A stretch of DNA of 64,000 bases. Source: Zygnema circumcarinatum SAG 698-1b. Its lineage: Eukaryota > Plantae > Zygnematophyceae. Both the position numbers and the translations under genes were made by a program. Below, one piece after another: positions 12,153 through 25,100 of the stretch. The notes under the pieces were generated by a model. The model was not told where the DNA came from. It did no database searches and was given only the letters and a program-made list of their open reading frames with translations. The stretch's first letter is position 1, and the number at the start of each line of letters is the position of its first letter. The stretch covers positions 434,001 through 498,000 of the forward strand of contig CM074821.1 in NCBI GenBank assembly GCA_037447605.1, given 5' to 3'.

Positions 12153-15100
12153 TAGGGATGGATTAGTTACGACTATATATTTTATATTATATTATACAAC
12201 TGTGACGACTAGATAACGGCTGATATATATTAATTTACAACGCCTTTACAACATGTACGGTCGGACGGTCGTACGGTCGAACGACTGTACGGTATTATGC
12301 GGTACGGATGCACGAGCAGACTGTGAACCAGACGGACGCATTTCGCAACGCTGTAGCGTAACGGAGCTGCGTTCGACGGATTTGCGTCAGTTCAATTGTA
12401 CTTGACATATGCCTCTTCCGTGTCACGGATCAACGGAATCCAGGAGCTGCCAACGGAGATAGAGAGAAGGCGGCGCCATGCGTTGGCGGTCCANNNNNNN
12501 NNNCACAGCCGCCATGGATGAAGAGCTGCAACAAGAGGGACAAGCAGATCTTCATGAGTATTCAGATGGAGACTTGGGACCTCAAGAAGAACAGGCGATC
12601 CGAAATCCAAGGACGGATTCAGACTCAGAGGAAGAAGCAGTCAGAGAAAGACTAAAGATGGGCATCACCGAAGAGAACCCTTATCCCAGTCTGGCTTACC
12701 TTGAGCAGATCGAGTCGATTGAAGAGCTGCAGCGACTCCATCTAGGCAGTGATGGCCATAAACTTCGCTGGCAATATGCACACCGGATGATCAAGCTTGC
12801 AGCCTGCCCAGTCGCTGTCACGGCCGCAGATGCCGTGAGGAGAGGAGTGCCGTTCGAACCTGAGGTCCCCACCGCGGCCCACCAGAGACAGATGCCACGG
12901 GAGCTCAGTCGGATAACTACTGCACCAGGAGTCCCTTCAAGCACAGCAGCGGCACGCAGTCCTACAACAAAGCAAGGGATTCCCTTACATTACCCCTCCT
13001 TACCTCAAGTGTTCACAACTTACCTTATCCGGCAAAATTTGTAAGAGCGATTGGGGCAAGTGCGTATTTTATCGCAGAAGGCGACCTCTCCAGCTTTTCG
13101 TACCAACCTCCTCGCGAGAAAGCACACGAAGCGATTCGAAGTTTCAAAGAAGATGGAAGAGATGATGACCAAACTGGATAAAGAATACTCCTCAAAAGAG
13201 TGAGGTGGTGGCTACTACGGGCATCATCACAAGAGGCTTCTACCGCAAGCGTGAAAGACGCGGTAAGGGCTGGCTGAGACACCTTGAGGAGAAGCGCCAG
13301 CGCACTGGCGAGTAATTCAATGGATTGCCGCCTGAGCGCCGGGCTGAAGGAGAGGCTGGGCTAACTGAAGCTGTCCCTTTAAATCGCATTAAGGCGATGT
13401 CGCCGCAAGAATCTCGGCTGCGGACGGCATTCAAGCAAAAGCCGTGACAACGCTGGATTTGTGATCCGGACACGGCAATTACCGCTACATAGAATGCTGG
13501 CGCGATGGCAGCTGGCCGCTTGGAATTCACCGAAGCGCTTTTGTGCGCATGGTAAATAATGCTATCGGTGAACTTGCCTCTACTTTCCGGCTCTCCAGTG
13601 GTTCCGCAAGGCCACGCCGGTAGCGACTTCCACTGATCGAGTCGCTACGACACAACCCACCAAAGAGATGCCCGTGCCTTGTTAGAAAGGGCGAGCTACC
13701 CGTATGATCAAGAGAGGCAACCGACATGTACCTACCACATTACATGCTTAGAACGCTTACGTGATCCACTCCATAAGATCGACTTACCAGCAGTTCCCTC
13801 AAGACACGTAATCAGCAGCTTGTATGATCCCCGGCGCATCTTCAGAACAAGCCGCCTTTCTCCCGCATCCTCGCCAAGACGTCCGTCACCAGGTGCAGCC
13901 CTCTCGCCATAGCCAGCACGCATCAAGCCTTCCCCTTTCTCCATACCTCATGATCCTGCACGTCCTATTGAGCCGCGGCGTGTGAATCCTCACATACCCG
14001 ACGTTGCTCGTCCAGGTTATCGGGGTCCTTATTCCGATCGCACACCCGAAGAGAGAGAGGCTGCCAGGGCCGATTTGCGCCGTCGGATGACAGAGGCAAG
14101 GGTTCCAGAGGGCGTTTGTCTTGCCTGTGGCCTGAATCATAATCCGCGGCTGCGTTGCGGACCATGGACCTGCACCTTCTGTCAGATCACGGGACATGAT
14201 GCCCGTGTGTGCATGCGGAGACTCTCAAGTGAGAAGGCCCGAAAGGGGAAAGAGGCAGTAGTTGGGAGCTCACCTGCAGAGGTCGCCTTCATGGAGATGC
14301 TCCCGGCTACTCCCACACCGCCGAGCAGAACCTGTGCCCCTCGCCTGCCTCCACCTCCTTCCACCACATACCCATCCCCGCAACGTCCGGGCCATCCACC
14401 CGCACCCCATGGACTCCCTTCCCCTCGATAAACGCATTGTGCCGAAAGCCCGATCCCCGCCGTCACACGCCTAGATTGCCGCGTATTGCAAACGCTTGGT
14501 CCTAATCCTCTATCACTTCAAGAGGGTGGCTCAAGCCCGATTGCCGAGATTGCAAATGCCTTGCGCAGGCTCCCTGTCAACCAAAGTGATCCTCATTCAC
14601 ATCCCCTGCCATTCCTCCCTGCCGATGTCAACGGCGCCAGCTCCTCTGGCACGGCTCCACCGGTCGCCACCCCTGTCCGGAGAACTTCAGTCCTCCCTCC
14701 TTCCACGGGTCATCCATTGGGATCCACGCCTGAGGAGGAAACTGACGATCTCAATGAGGAGGAGCCGACAGCGGCGCAGCCAGAGCCGAGAGCACCAGCG
14801 ACAGAAGAGATGCACGTCAACCCTCCCCATCGCCCTCGGGCAGCCCGTTTCTACCCCCAGGCAGCCGACCGCCGACCAACCCCCCCGACAGATGGCCTCT
14901 CCCTGATTGAACGCAAGGCTCATCAACTCATGGGAGACAAGGCTAAGATCGGCATTACCTTGTCACAGTTGATGCAGCTTGTACCAGGTGCTGCCGCCGT
15001 AGTTCGAAAGCTGGCCGACAGTGCAGAGGCCACCCTGCGGCCTCCCACGGCTCCTATGGCATCTCCTCCGGACGTCCCCTCGCCGGCCGATATCCACCAC

Positions 15101-16311
15101 ATGGCGACGGCGCCTCCTCCGGACCCAGTTCGCTCTCCCCGCCATCCTCCTCGCCGGATTCAGATCCTCCCTCTGATCCCCACACCCAACGTGCGAATCA
15201 TTGTCAATGTATGGCTCAACGTCATCCATCCCAAAGAAAGCCATGATCGGCTACTGTGAGCCATGCGCACAGCTCGCCCAAGCCCGTGATGAAGGCGGCA
15301 GGGGTCAAGTTAGACAAGACGCTTGAGCCCATTCCCCGATATGTGGGGGTTGAAGGGAGCTTACATGAAGGATTGGGCAGCGCCCAAGTGGTCATCAGTC
15401 TTGGCGAGATGGGAGCCACAGTGAATGCGGTCATCACTGCCGTTGAGCACTATTCTATCCTGCTGGGCTCAGATTGGCTCATTGCGATGGGAGCACGAAT
15501 CGACTTTGCTACGTGTCAGCTGCACTTATCTGCTGGCGGGACAGACTGCTCCTTCCCCATCATCCTCGAGTCCCTTGCCACCTCCGCCTTCCCCAAACGC
15601 CACGCCACGGCGCAGGTCTCCTACCCGGAGATCACCATGTACCATTCGGTCGGCAGCCCCCATTCTTCTCATGGATCGGCCAATTCTGATACCGACAACG
15701 AGACTCCCCCTCCTGCTCCTCCGAGTCCAGCTCTCTGGGCGCCGACGGAAGAACTTTTGCCGCCGGTGATAGCTGCACCCAGCTTTCCCCCCCACGAGAT
15801 CATTGGTGATGAGGAGTGGCTGGAAATAGAGGGTCAGATGCGATTGGGGCCAGCAGTCCTCTCAGACCCGATCAAGCATTCACAATTACGCCAAGTGCTG
15901 CGCCGAAATCATCTAGTTTTCGCACGACATTCNNNNNNNNNNTTCAGAATCCCTACGTCTTCCGCTGCGCGTACCTCTGAATCTCCCGGATCCTGGCTCT
16001 ATGCTGCAGGCAGACCCACAGCACCAACCCAACCCTTCATTAGTTTCAGCACGGACGCGCGAGTGGCCGTACAGCACCTGCGACTAGCTCAGCAGTCTTC
16101 TCTTAACCCCACTTATCTTGTGCTACAACGCCAGCGCCAGAACGACCTAATTTTGGTATGATTCGACTGTACGATCGTACGGTCGTCAATTGTTCAAAAC
16201 GAGTGGGTATAATATATGTAATAAAGCGTTTTACTTTGTAATATATTACTATTTTTAAACCCGTTGTAAATTATATAATATATTCGGAATTTATAACGCG
16301 GGCCATCCCTA
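12153..16311. mobile_element. hAT-superfamily-like non-autonomous element (middle layer)
   Basis: Ends TAGGGATGG...CCATCCCTA resemble the Ac/Ds TIR TAGGGATGAAA. Perfect 8-bp TSD ACCCCAGC at 12145-12152 and 16312-16319. AT-rich and GTACGGTC subterminal repeats at both ends. Confidence 0.8.
12510..15932 (+). pseudogene. Degenerate Ty3/Gypsy-like gag-protease region (inner layer)
   Basis: Zinc knuckle CTFCQITGHDARVC (CX2CX4HX4C) in ORF 13982-14431. Retropepsin-like C-terminal half ILLGSDWLIAMGARIDF in ORF 15256-. The D-T/S-G site is disrupted by a frameshift, with several stops. No RT or integrase; bounded by 10-N gaps on both sides. Confidence 0.75.
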
Positions 16312-17812
16312 ACCCCAGCCATGGTGTGGCTGGGGATTTTCTGTATATCAAAAAGTCTCCTTATAGACGTTGAAAAACCCTAAAGTCTGTCAGTTTTTTT
16401 TCCCGCCTCCGCGGACTCCTCTTTCTCGTTTCGTCAAGTCACGGTCCCAAACGCACTTGACACGTCATATGTTGCCGCGACCAATCATGTCGCTCCACGT
16501 GCTGCGCTCTTACAATTTGTAGACGCTCGCGCTTCGTACTTTCAAATCACCATCCGTACACCCGACGAAAAAAGGTCTGTATCTATTCTACAAAAGTATG
16601 AAACTTCATTTTTCGCTAAAAAATCCTTTGTAAAAGCTGCCCGGTGAAAAAGTGACTGTTTTCAGAAAAAAGTGACTGTAAATAGAACTTTCCATTGTAC
16701 ACACGGCTAGTACTTACTGTACTGTACTGTACTGTACAGTACTGTACTTGTACGGTAGGCCAAAGTCAATGTACATGGTACGGAAGCCTTCAAGGTTGGC
16801 CCGCTGGGACTTGGGGAGCAGGTACGACCGTACGACGCGAAGGTCGGGGTGCCATGTTGTGCAGTACCCTAGCGAGGGCGCGGAACAATGTTGAGTTGTG
16901 GGCCTTGGTTTCATGCTCTAACCCTGTGCTTTTCAAAGAAAGGAAATGGCATTGATCTCACGATGGCGATGATGCCATCAAATGTATATGGACAAAATCA
17001 GCATGGGGAACCACGAGGAACTGGTCGCAAAGGACCTAAGCACAAAAGAAACACTCACTCTGCTATTTATTTAGGGGCGAAGGTCTACGAAATAGGGTCG
17101 TATGTTTACGAGTGTAACAGACGGTCAGATGGCGCGCGGGCACTACAGGTACAGCCTACAACTACAGGCACAGTCTACAACTACAGGCACAGCCTACAAC
17201 TACAGGCACTGTTCACTGTGCTACATCCCCACTCCCTACGTCCCCACTTATCGGTGCCTTGCTCCGAAATTCCTCACAGTTCCAGTCACAGTTATTTTCC
17301 TGGTCTATACACAGTTCGGGACACTTGGCAGGCAGTGCAACCCGCTCATAGCATTTGGGCTCCTCGAGATCCACGCGCGCACATGACGTGACGTGCGCCC
17401 CGCCATGACCGCCGACGCATGCATACGCGCCTTTGCAACGTCCGAGGACAAGTCGGCCGAGGACGGGACAGCTGCCTTCGCCTGGGCGCCTCTCTCGCCC
17501 CCTTCTTTTATCTTACTAAGCGCCCCTAGGCCTCTTCCCCCTCCCGCCTCTTCCTCTTCCCCTTCTCTCCCCTTTCACTCTTGAGCACGCCTCTCCCGCT
17601 CCCTCCTCCCCAATGTCTCCTAAGCACGGCTCTCCCACTTCCCCCTCCCCCTTTCTCTCTAAGCACGCCTCGCTTTCCCCCCTCCCCTAATTTTCTATAA
17701 GCACGCGTCTCCCACACCCCCTCCCTTCGTTTTCTCTAAGCACGCCTCGTCCTCTCCCTCTCCCTCTACTTCTGCCTCTCCCTCTCCTTTTCCCATTCAC
17801 CCACTGACAGAC

Positions 17813-20800
17813 ATGGCTCGGATCTCATGTAGACTGGTCAAAATGATACTCCTGCTACTACTTTTTGCGCTGCTTTACGGATTCCACCAAGGCTGCCTAT
17901 CGCGGAGGTGCGCCAAAATTCATCAACTGCTTTCCAGGTGGATTTCTTCAAATGGATACTGACGTCAAGCGCTAACACGAAGTGTCTGGGATAGTTCTCG
18001 TGACTCTCATTATTCTTTGACTTTGAGACCGCTGACTTTTTTGCTACCGCCTGCCTGCCGCGCTCCTCCCTCCCTCCCTCCTTTCTTCCCCATCCCTCCA
18101 TCCGACCGTCCCCTGGTCCTTGGCTCCCCTCCCTGTCCCTCCTTCCCTTCCACCCTCCCTCCCTCCCGTCCCTCCCACTTCCTCCCTCGCTCTCCCTCCC
18201 CTCCCCCCACCCTCACCCCTCCTCCCACACCTCCAACCCCCGTCCCTGAAAAGCAAAAAGCGAAGGAGAAATAGCGAACTGTTCATTCCAAGGTCATTAA
18301 CTTTACCGTCTAAAGTTCACATGATTTTGAGAAAAGAAAAAGGGTCACGACCTTTGTGTAACCCACTGGTTCTAGAACTTGTCAAATCCAAAAAGTCTTG
18401 CAATCTTCAGTTTCTTTCTAAAGCAGCTAACCACACCTGAAAACAGCGTAAAAACTTGAAAGCATTGAAGAATTGACGACTTTCTCTCTCCCGCTCGCAA
18501 TGCTTCTTGCATCCTCTGAAACTCCGCTCCTACCCCCTTGCCAGGATAGCCTCCAGAGAACCCTTCTCCAGCTCCAACGTGGAGTCCCTGAACCCTCCTA
18601 CCTCTCCTCTCTTCCCCGCCATCTTCACTTACGGAGACAGTACACTCGATGTGGGCTCCAACAACTTTCTTACACACCCTAATGTCACAAAGTCCAACTT
18701 TTTGCCATATGGAATTGACTACATTGCGGCCAGCGGGCGCTTCAGCAACGGGAGGCTTGTAGGAGACTACTTGGGTAAGAAGAGCTCCATGTTTCGAGGA
18801 ATTTAGGGTTCTTACTGCTTTTAGGGTTCTTAGGGCAACGCATATTAGATAAAGGAGGTAATTCGCTCATTCAATAGCCTCCAATTCATGTCATATGCAG
18901 CGGAATACTGCGGACTTCCCCCAGCGCCATCGTTTATGGATCCACGAGGCGTTGGATCCGAGTTCTTCCGTCAGGGGATCAACTTCGCATCAGCTACTTC
19001 CGGAGTTCTTGATTCCACCAACTGCCTGCAGGTGAGGGGATGCCACTGCTGAAATGTACCTTTACTCATTTGCTGAACGAAGTCCTGAAAAACCTGAAAC
19101 TGTTCAAGGTGTGAGACTCTAAACAAAATTTCTTCCTAACCGCGAATTCAGAGAAAAATTGGACGAAATAAGCAATGAGAGCACAGGATGGAGGTCAGCT
19201 AACTTAGGCGTCTACACTGTGTCCTCTTTCTTTCGTCCTCGAGTTGCAGGATACCCGCTGCTTCTCTCTAAGTTCACAGCTTGCATACTTTTCTTATTTC
19301 AAGCAGAGATATTCTAAGCAGGTGTGAAATCAATCCTCACATGCCCTCTTCTAAACCAGGACAAACCCGTGATGGCTTCAGGCTCAAACTCTGTTTCATT
19401 TGCAGGGACATGTGTAAACATTTGATTACGTATTTCACTTTTGTGGTAACCCTTCCATCTGTAGAAAGCCCTTGGACAGATCGAAGTGAGAGATGTAGAG
19501 TACGTCTCAAATCAACCGTCACATGAACATTCTTCATCATCATTTTTAAGGGCTTCTGAGAGAGAAAGTGAATGTGACAGGTGCTTGGAAAGAGCTTATT
19601 CATTCTCTCGTCAGGGTCGAATGACTACTTCGCATCGATACAAAGGAGGCGCCGTGAAATGAAACAGAATGCACCCGACAGTCCTTTCCTTGAAGAAGAT
19701 TTGCATATAGTAGACTTCGTACAGGTGATAAAGCAGGTGGTCCTCGGCATCGCCGATGCTGTCCAGGTCTGTACATGTACCCTCTTTCACATGGAAATTG
19801 TCTTCCAATCTCCCATGCTTTTAAATTGCTGCACTACTACATGCTGCACGCAGAACCCAGATCTCAGATTGAGTTGAACTTAAGGTGATAATCTTGGGGA
19901 TAAAATGGGTTCACTTTACAGTATCTCTACAAGAGCGGTGCGCGACAGTTCCTTGTGTTTGAGGTGCCTGCCATCGGCTGCGTTCCTGCAGCTCTTGCTA
20001 TTTTGAACAAGTCCGAGAACAACCCTTCCTGCATTCGCACTCTCAACCTAATAGCAAGAGGCCATAATTCCGCTCTCACTATTGCAGTCAAGAGTCTGAG
20101 AAGGCAACTGGAAAATGCTGTCATACTCTACGGCAAGTCTCAGCAATACATTCATGATGTTACCAACGACCCTGCATCATATGGTATGTGCTGGCCCATT
20201 GCATGTCTAATTTTGGCATGATGCATACGTGCTTCAGGCCACATTTGTTGCAAATCAGGTCCACATTGAATTTCTCAGAATAAGGGAGTCAAAGCCGAAG
20301 AAAAGACGCAGAAAAAAAGATAAAGCACGCCCATCAACCACGAGGATGTGAGCGCAATCAATGTATGCCTCGCCATATTAGAAGTTGCAGATTGTCAAAC
20401 CTCACAAACTCTTAACCATCAGCAAATTCTACATGCCTCACATTCGCATCCACTTCCAGATCTGCACAACTGATCAGAAAGATCTCACCACACAGGCTCC
20501 TAAAATACAGATCCTTCAGAACAGCTTAACAGCTAAGCAGCTGAACAGCTTTACTTATGCAACCATTCCCATTCTGCCGTTCGTATGGCAGGATTTAGGC
20601 TCGGATTTGGAGCCTGCTGCGGAGGCGGGCCGTTCAACGGCAGCATTCAGTGCGGAAAGGAGAGGACGAGCGAGTGCAAGCATCGAGATGAGTATGTAAG
20701 TATATTTGCAACCCTCAAAAGAAAACTCGCGAATAAGACCAGCTTCCTACAACAGATAAATAGTTCTCTCTCCAGCTACCAAACCAAACGCTCTCGACTG

Positions 20801-20980
20801 TTTCAGGTGTTCTGGGACGGCATACATCTCTCCGAGGCGGCTTACAGGATCATTGCAGAGGAGCTCTTCTGCGGAAACCCTAATTTTGTAGCGCCTTGTG
20901 GAGTGGCAGCTCTTGGCCCAGACAGCCAATACATGATAACCAGTTCCAAGAAGTGTGCTTCGAACCGAGCTGTAGCATAG
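17813..20980 (+). CDS. GDSL/SGNH esterase-lipase with signal peptide
   Basis: 8 phase-consistent exons: 17813-17907 (MARISCRLVKMILLLLLFALLYGF), 18545-18774 (FTYGDS; GRFSNG), 18901-19031 (GINFAS), 19250-19321, 19581-19766 (GSNDY), 19922-20183, 20592-20695, 20807-20980 (WDGIH). Confidence 0.95.
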
Positions 20981-21649
20981 AACGAAATGTGATTGTGCTT
21001 GTGATCCATTTCTTACTTTTCACTTTTTTACTTTTTGCTTTTTTTTCCATGCATGTTGCTCCAAGTTCCATGTTGATTCAAACGATCCTACCATGCGTAA
21101 TGTCAAACCTACAGGCTATCTTCCTGTGCCTTCTTGGTGGTGCATACTCTGCTTATTCCATGTTCATGTTGATGCACGTTCCATGTTAAGCAAATCGTGT
21201 TGTCCCATGTTTTCATGCTTGCCCATCTTTGCTCGTCATTACCTTGCCAATCTGCAACAAGTCTCCGCATTCCTCCCAGTCCATGTCATGAGTTCATGAC
21301 CCACATATCGTACGGTCAAAAGTACATACCGTACGGCTGTATGAATCGTACGAAAAAACGAATGTACGAATATGTTGAAGTAGTGTCGCTACATACCGTT
21401 ATGTAGCCTTTGGCGATCCTGTAACAAGATCAGAAAGATGCGTCTCCTTCCCTGAGTGGGGGAGCGCTCTCGCCAGAAGGCGCCACGTGGCGACAAGGGG
21501 CTGCCGCTGCTGCTCCTGCTGCTGCGGCAGCCATGAGATGCTCGTGGGTATATGCCGCTTCCCTTCTCCCGCCGCGCCTGCCACTACTGTTGCAGGCAGA
21601 GGGGCGGTGACAAAAGAGAGAGAGAGAGAGAAAGGGAGAGAGAGTGGGG

Positions 21650-21680
<31 letters not shown>

Positions 21681-22138
21681 AGAGAAAGGGGGGCAAGTCA
21701 AGAGGGAGAGAGGTTCAGCAATGGAGGTAGGAAGCTACTTGGCAACAGGAGTTGCAAGATGTTTTTAGGGCTTTTAGAGGAGGAGGATGCGGTGTGGAGC
21801 CAAACTCTAGTGGATTTTTTTTGGATTGTTTGAGCCCGAAATAAGGTTTCTTTGCTCAAAGTGGAGTTATTAGTTGTTGCCGAAGGTTTTAAATTTGTAG
21901 TTTTAGATTTAATCTATCTCGAAGCTCCTATTCGTCTCCTCTCTCCTTCTCTTTCGTTTCCTTCCCTTTCTTTCCTGCTCGCCTCCTCCTCATCTCTATT
22001 CTCCTCTCTCTCCACATTGCCCCTATTGCAGATAAATCTCAATTGTTTGATTAAACTAAGAGGTCCATTTGTGATGTTCGCTAGTCCTATGCCCACGTCT
22101 TGCAATATGTGTTTTTTTTAAGTTTTTTTGCAACCCCA

Positions 22139-25100
22139 ATGCTGCGAACAGTACTGTCACTTGGAGGTTCACCTGTCAGATATTGTCGCGGGCTTCGCCG
22201 TGTCCCATTCCAATGTTTCTTTCAAGCCAAAAATTTTAAAGCAGCTGGAAGCAGTCTGAGGAGCCCTTTCTTTGCAGATCCTCGCAGCAGTTCCGGCGTC
22301 CTTCAGTCAGCTCATGGAGTGTCCTTAGGCTCGCTCTGGGGCAAGGAAGCTGAGTTGGAATACAGAAGGAGAAAGTTGCAGGCTGTGCAGGCGCCGTCAA
22401 ATCGAGAAGTTGCTATGGAGGTAAGTGTTGTATGGAGGAGAGGATATATTGTTCTACGTTGAAGTGTGATATGAAATGGGATCTTCGTGCCTTCTAAAGT
22501 CCACTAGAAACGTGCAGTATATTTTCTAGATTTTCGGTCTCATTCAGTGTCGGTATTCATGCCTGAGCCTCAGTTCTTTTTTTTTTTGTCTGGTTTGGCT
22601 TGTTGCAGCAAAGCGGGGTGATGCAGCAGTCGATATTAGTTGCAGGTGGCCTTGTAGCCTTTGTGTTCACATTTAAACCCATTTATGAAAAGTATATCCG
22701 ACGAGATGTGTCCGTTAGTCCTGCTGCTAAGCCAGTTCTTGCAAAAATGAAGCGGCCCACGCACGCTAGCCACAGGTGAATACTCGTCTACCTGAACCTC
22801 CCTTCAGCTCTCCTGCATGCTCATGAAGATACATCTTGAGGTCATTCCTTTTCAATCATCCTAAGATGGCTCGATGTAGTAGAAAAAGTGTCTTTAAGAC
22901 CTTCAAGTTAACTGTGAGAAATAATCACTTTGACAGAGGAGGCAGCCGAATATGGCCCGAGAACACAATGTTGGCCTTCCGCAATGCGGTGGAGTCAATC
23001 GATGAAAATGGTATCAAAAGAAGGACCCACATGCTGGAGTTTGACATTCAGAAGACTAAAGATGGTCAATTGGTGAGCACACCTTTATGTCAAATTCAAA
23101 AAGTATACTTTAAGCTCCACCTCATACTGGGCATTGTTCAAGTTGTTTTGTACATGGCCGGACGATTTTCTTGGTTGTTGCTTTACTTGTGATGGAATGG
23201 ATGCTTGGATAGGTCATCATGCATAATGAGACTGTTGAAGCGACGACAAATGGGGAAGGACCCCTATCTTCCTTCACCTTTGAAGAGATAAGGTGAGTTC
23301 GTAGATTGCAGAAATCAGAACTTCACAAGATAATTCTTTAAATATGCTCAGTCTTGGAGTAGTTGGCATGTTTTGAGATTTTGAACGTCATTTAAATAGC
23401 AGTTGAGCGTGTCAGACGTAAGGAACCGATTCTCGCAAGAACGGAAGCTATTTATTTTGATTATCTCCTTCCTGGATATTGTAGGAAGCTTGATGCAGGC
23501 CATTGCTTTACTTTAGATGGTGGTCAAACCTTCCCTTTTCGAGGGAAAGGACTGCAAGTACCATCTCTTCGTGAAGTAAGCAGCTTTTCGCTAATACTTG
23601 TTCACTCTAATCACACTTTTCCAATGGAAAATCTACATGAAATAGTGTATTGAATGGATAATAATGTGATGGAGAGGGGAGGAGTATAGGAGCCCAGTGG
23701 AGTGGTCTATCTTTTTAAATAGATGGGCGGGAATGGAGCAGGTATTGTCTGAATTCGTGCCTGTGGAGGGCCTTATTTTTTACCTGGACTTCAAGCACCC
23801 AGAGGCCGTCGCTGATACAATGAAGGTCAGATTGGCTCCAGGTTCAATTTTCAACCTAAACGAGCACAGAAGGGAGTGTTGCAGTAGTTAGCCATTGTGT
23901 GGTGAGTTGTTTTGAGTGAAAGCAGCTCGATTAGCGTAGTTGTGCTTCCGGCTCTATGCCCAAAAGAAGCAATTCACTGCAGTATATTGCGAAGTTTGAT
24001 AATCGATACTGAGTGACCTGAGATATGTTCGACGTGTTGTAACCACGCAGCTTGTTCATGAATTTGGCATTCAAGAACGTGTTGTGTGCGGAGCAATTCC
24101 AGCAGCAGCAAACCGAGAGGTACGAAGTGATGTATAACTACAATTGGAAATGTGTACCTGCAAACAAGGAGCTTCTTTAGAGTTAAAAAACCCACTTTTT
24201 CAGACACCACAGCATGGGAGCTCCTTTGTTGAAGAGTTCCAAATTGTTCAAGTCTCTGTTTGGGTGGATTTCTATGACATGCAGATGCTACGTTTGAAGC
24301 CTGCATGTGCGCCGGCCACGCCGGACAGGAATTCAATGATAATGTTGTAAGTTCTAGTAGAAGGTGGATTCGACTGCAAGTAAGGGTTTGTAGTCATCAT
24401 ATATTGTTTGGAAAGAAAATTCCTTGTTAAGGTTGTTTTTTCCTCGCTTAGAAACATTTCTATGTCTGATGACGTGTTTTGGGTTTCCTCCCCTCGTCCT
24501 TCCTCTCCTCCTCTCTCTCTCTCTCTCTCTCTCTCTCCCCCTCCCCTTTCCCTGTTGCAGGTACGTCTTCTACCTGTTAGGCCTCCTGTGGCTTGTGCCT
24601 ATGCGTCATGAAATAGTTGGAACCACTGCATATCGATTTGGGATGAGGGTGAGGCTCCACCGCTATACCTGTTTAAATTGTTTCTTTTCAGCTTGCAGTA
24701 AGTGATGCATGAAGTTCTTTCATGTTACTTTTGGTGAAACTACATTCCTTCGTTGTAGGATTGATGGTTGTGTTCGGGTGTACCGTAAAGCCGAACAGGT
24801 TGAGAAAAAAAGAAATTAAAGATTTTGGGTTCTCAAAAAAAAAAGACTTTCAAAATCAGTTCTTAAAAAAAAAAACTTATATTTGTGAACACGATTCGAT
24901 TTTTAAGAAGTGAGACCGAACATGCTGAGACTTTGAACTTTTTATTTATCGCTTTCTTAAATCAAAATAGTTTCGATCTTGAGTGTTCAAAGTTCAACCC
25001 TATTCACTAAGATTGAGAATTGAGAAATTAAGTAACTCGTTTCTCAATTCCTCAACCTGTTCGGTTTTACGGTAAACTGGATGTACCTCTCCATTCCCTC

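Larger units (their letters stand above)
11956..16693. mobile_element. Non-autonomous TIR element, Mutator/MULE-like (outer layer)
   Basis: About 120-bp terminal inverted repeats (11956-12075 vs 16575-16693) starting GGAAAG. Flanks TTTGTACTT and ATTGTACAC match at 6/9 positions, possibly a decayed 9-bp TSD. No transposase visible. Confidence 0.6.

Noticed and set aside
12421-16127. Intact LTR pair for the Gypsy relic (TGTCACGG... / ...GCTACA)
   Set aside because: The two ends show no shared LTR sequence, the 5-bp flanks differ (TTCCG vs ACGCC), and N gaps hide the junctions.
18803-18835. Interstitial telomere (TTAGGG units) in a GDSL intron
   Set aside because: Only three scattered units; at most telo-box-like motifs.
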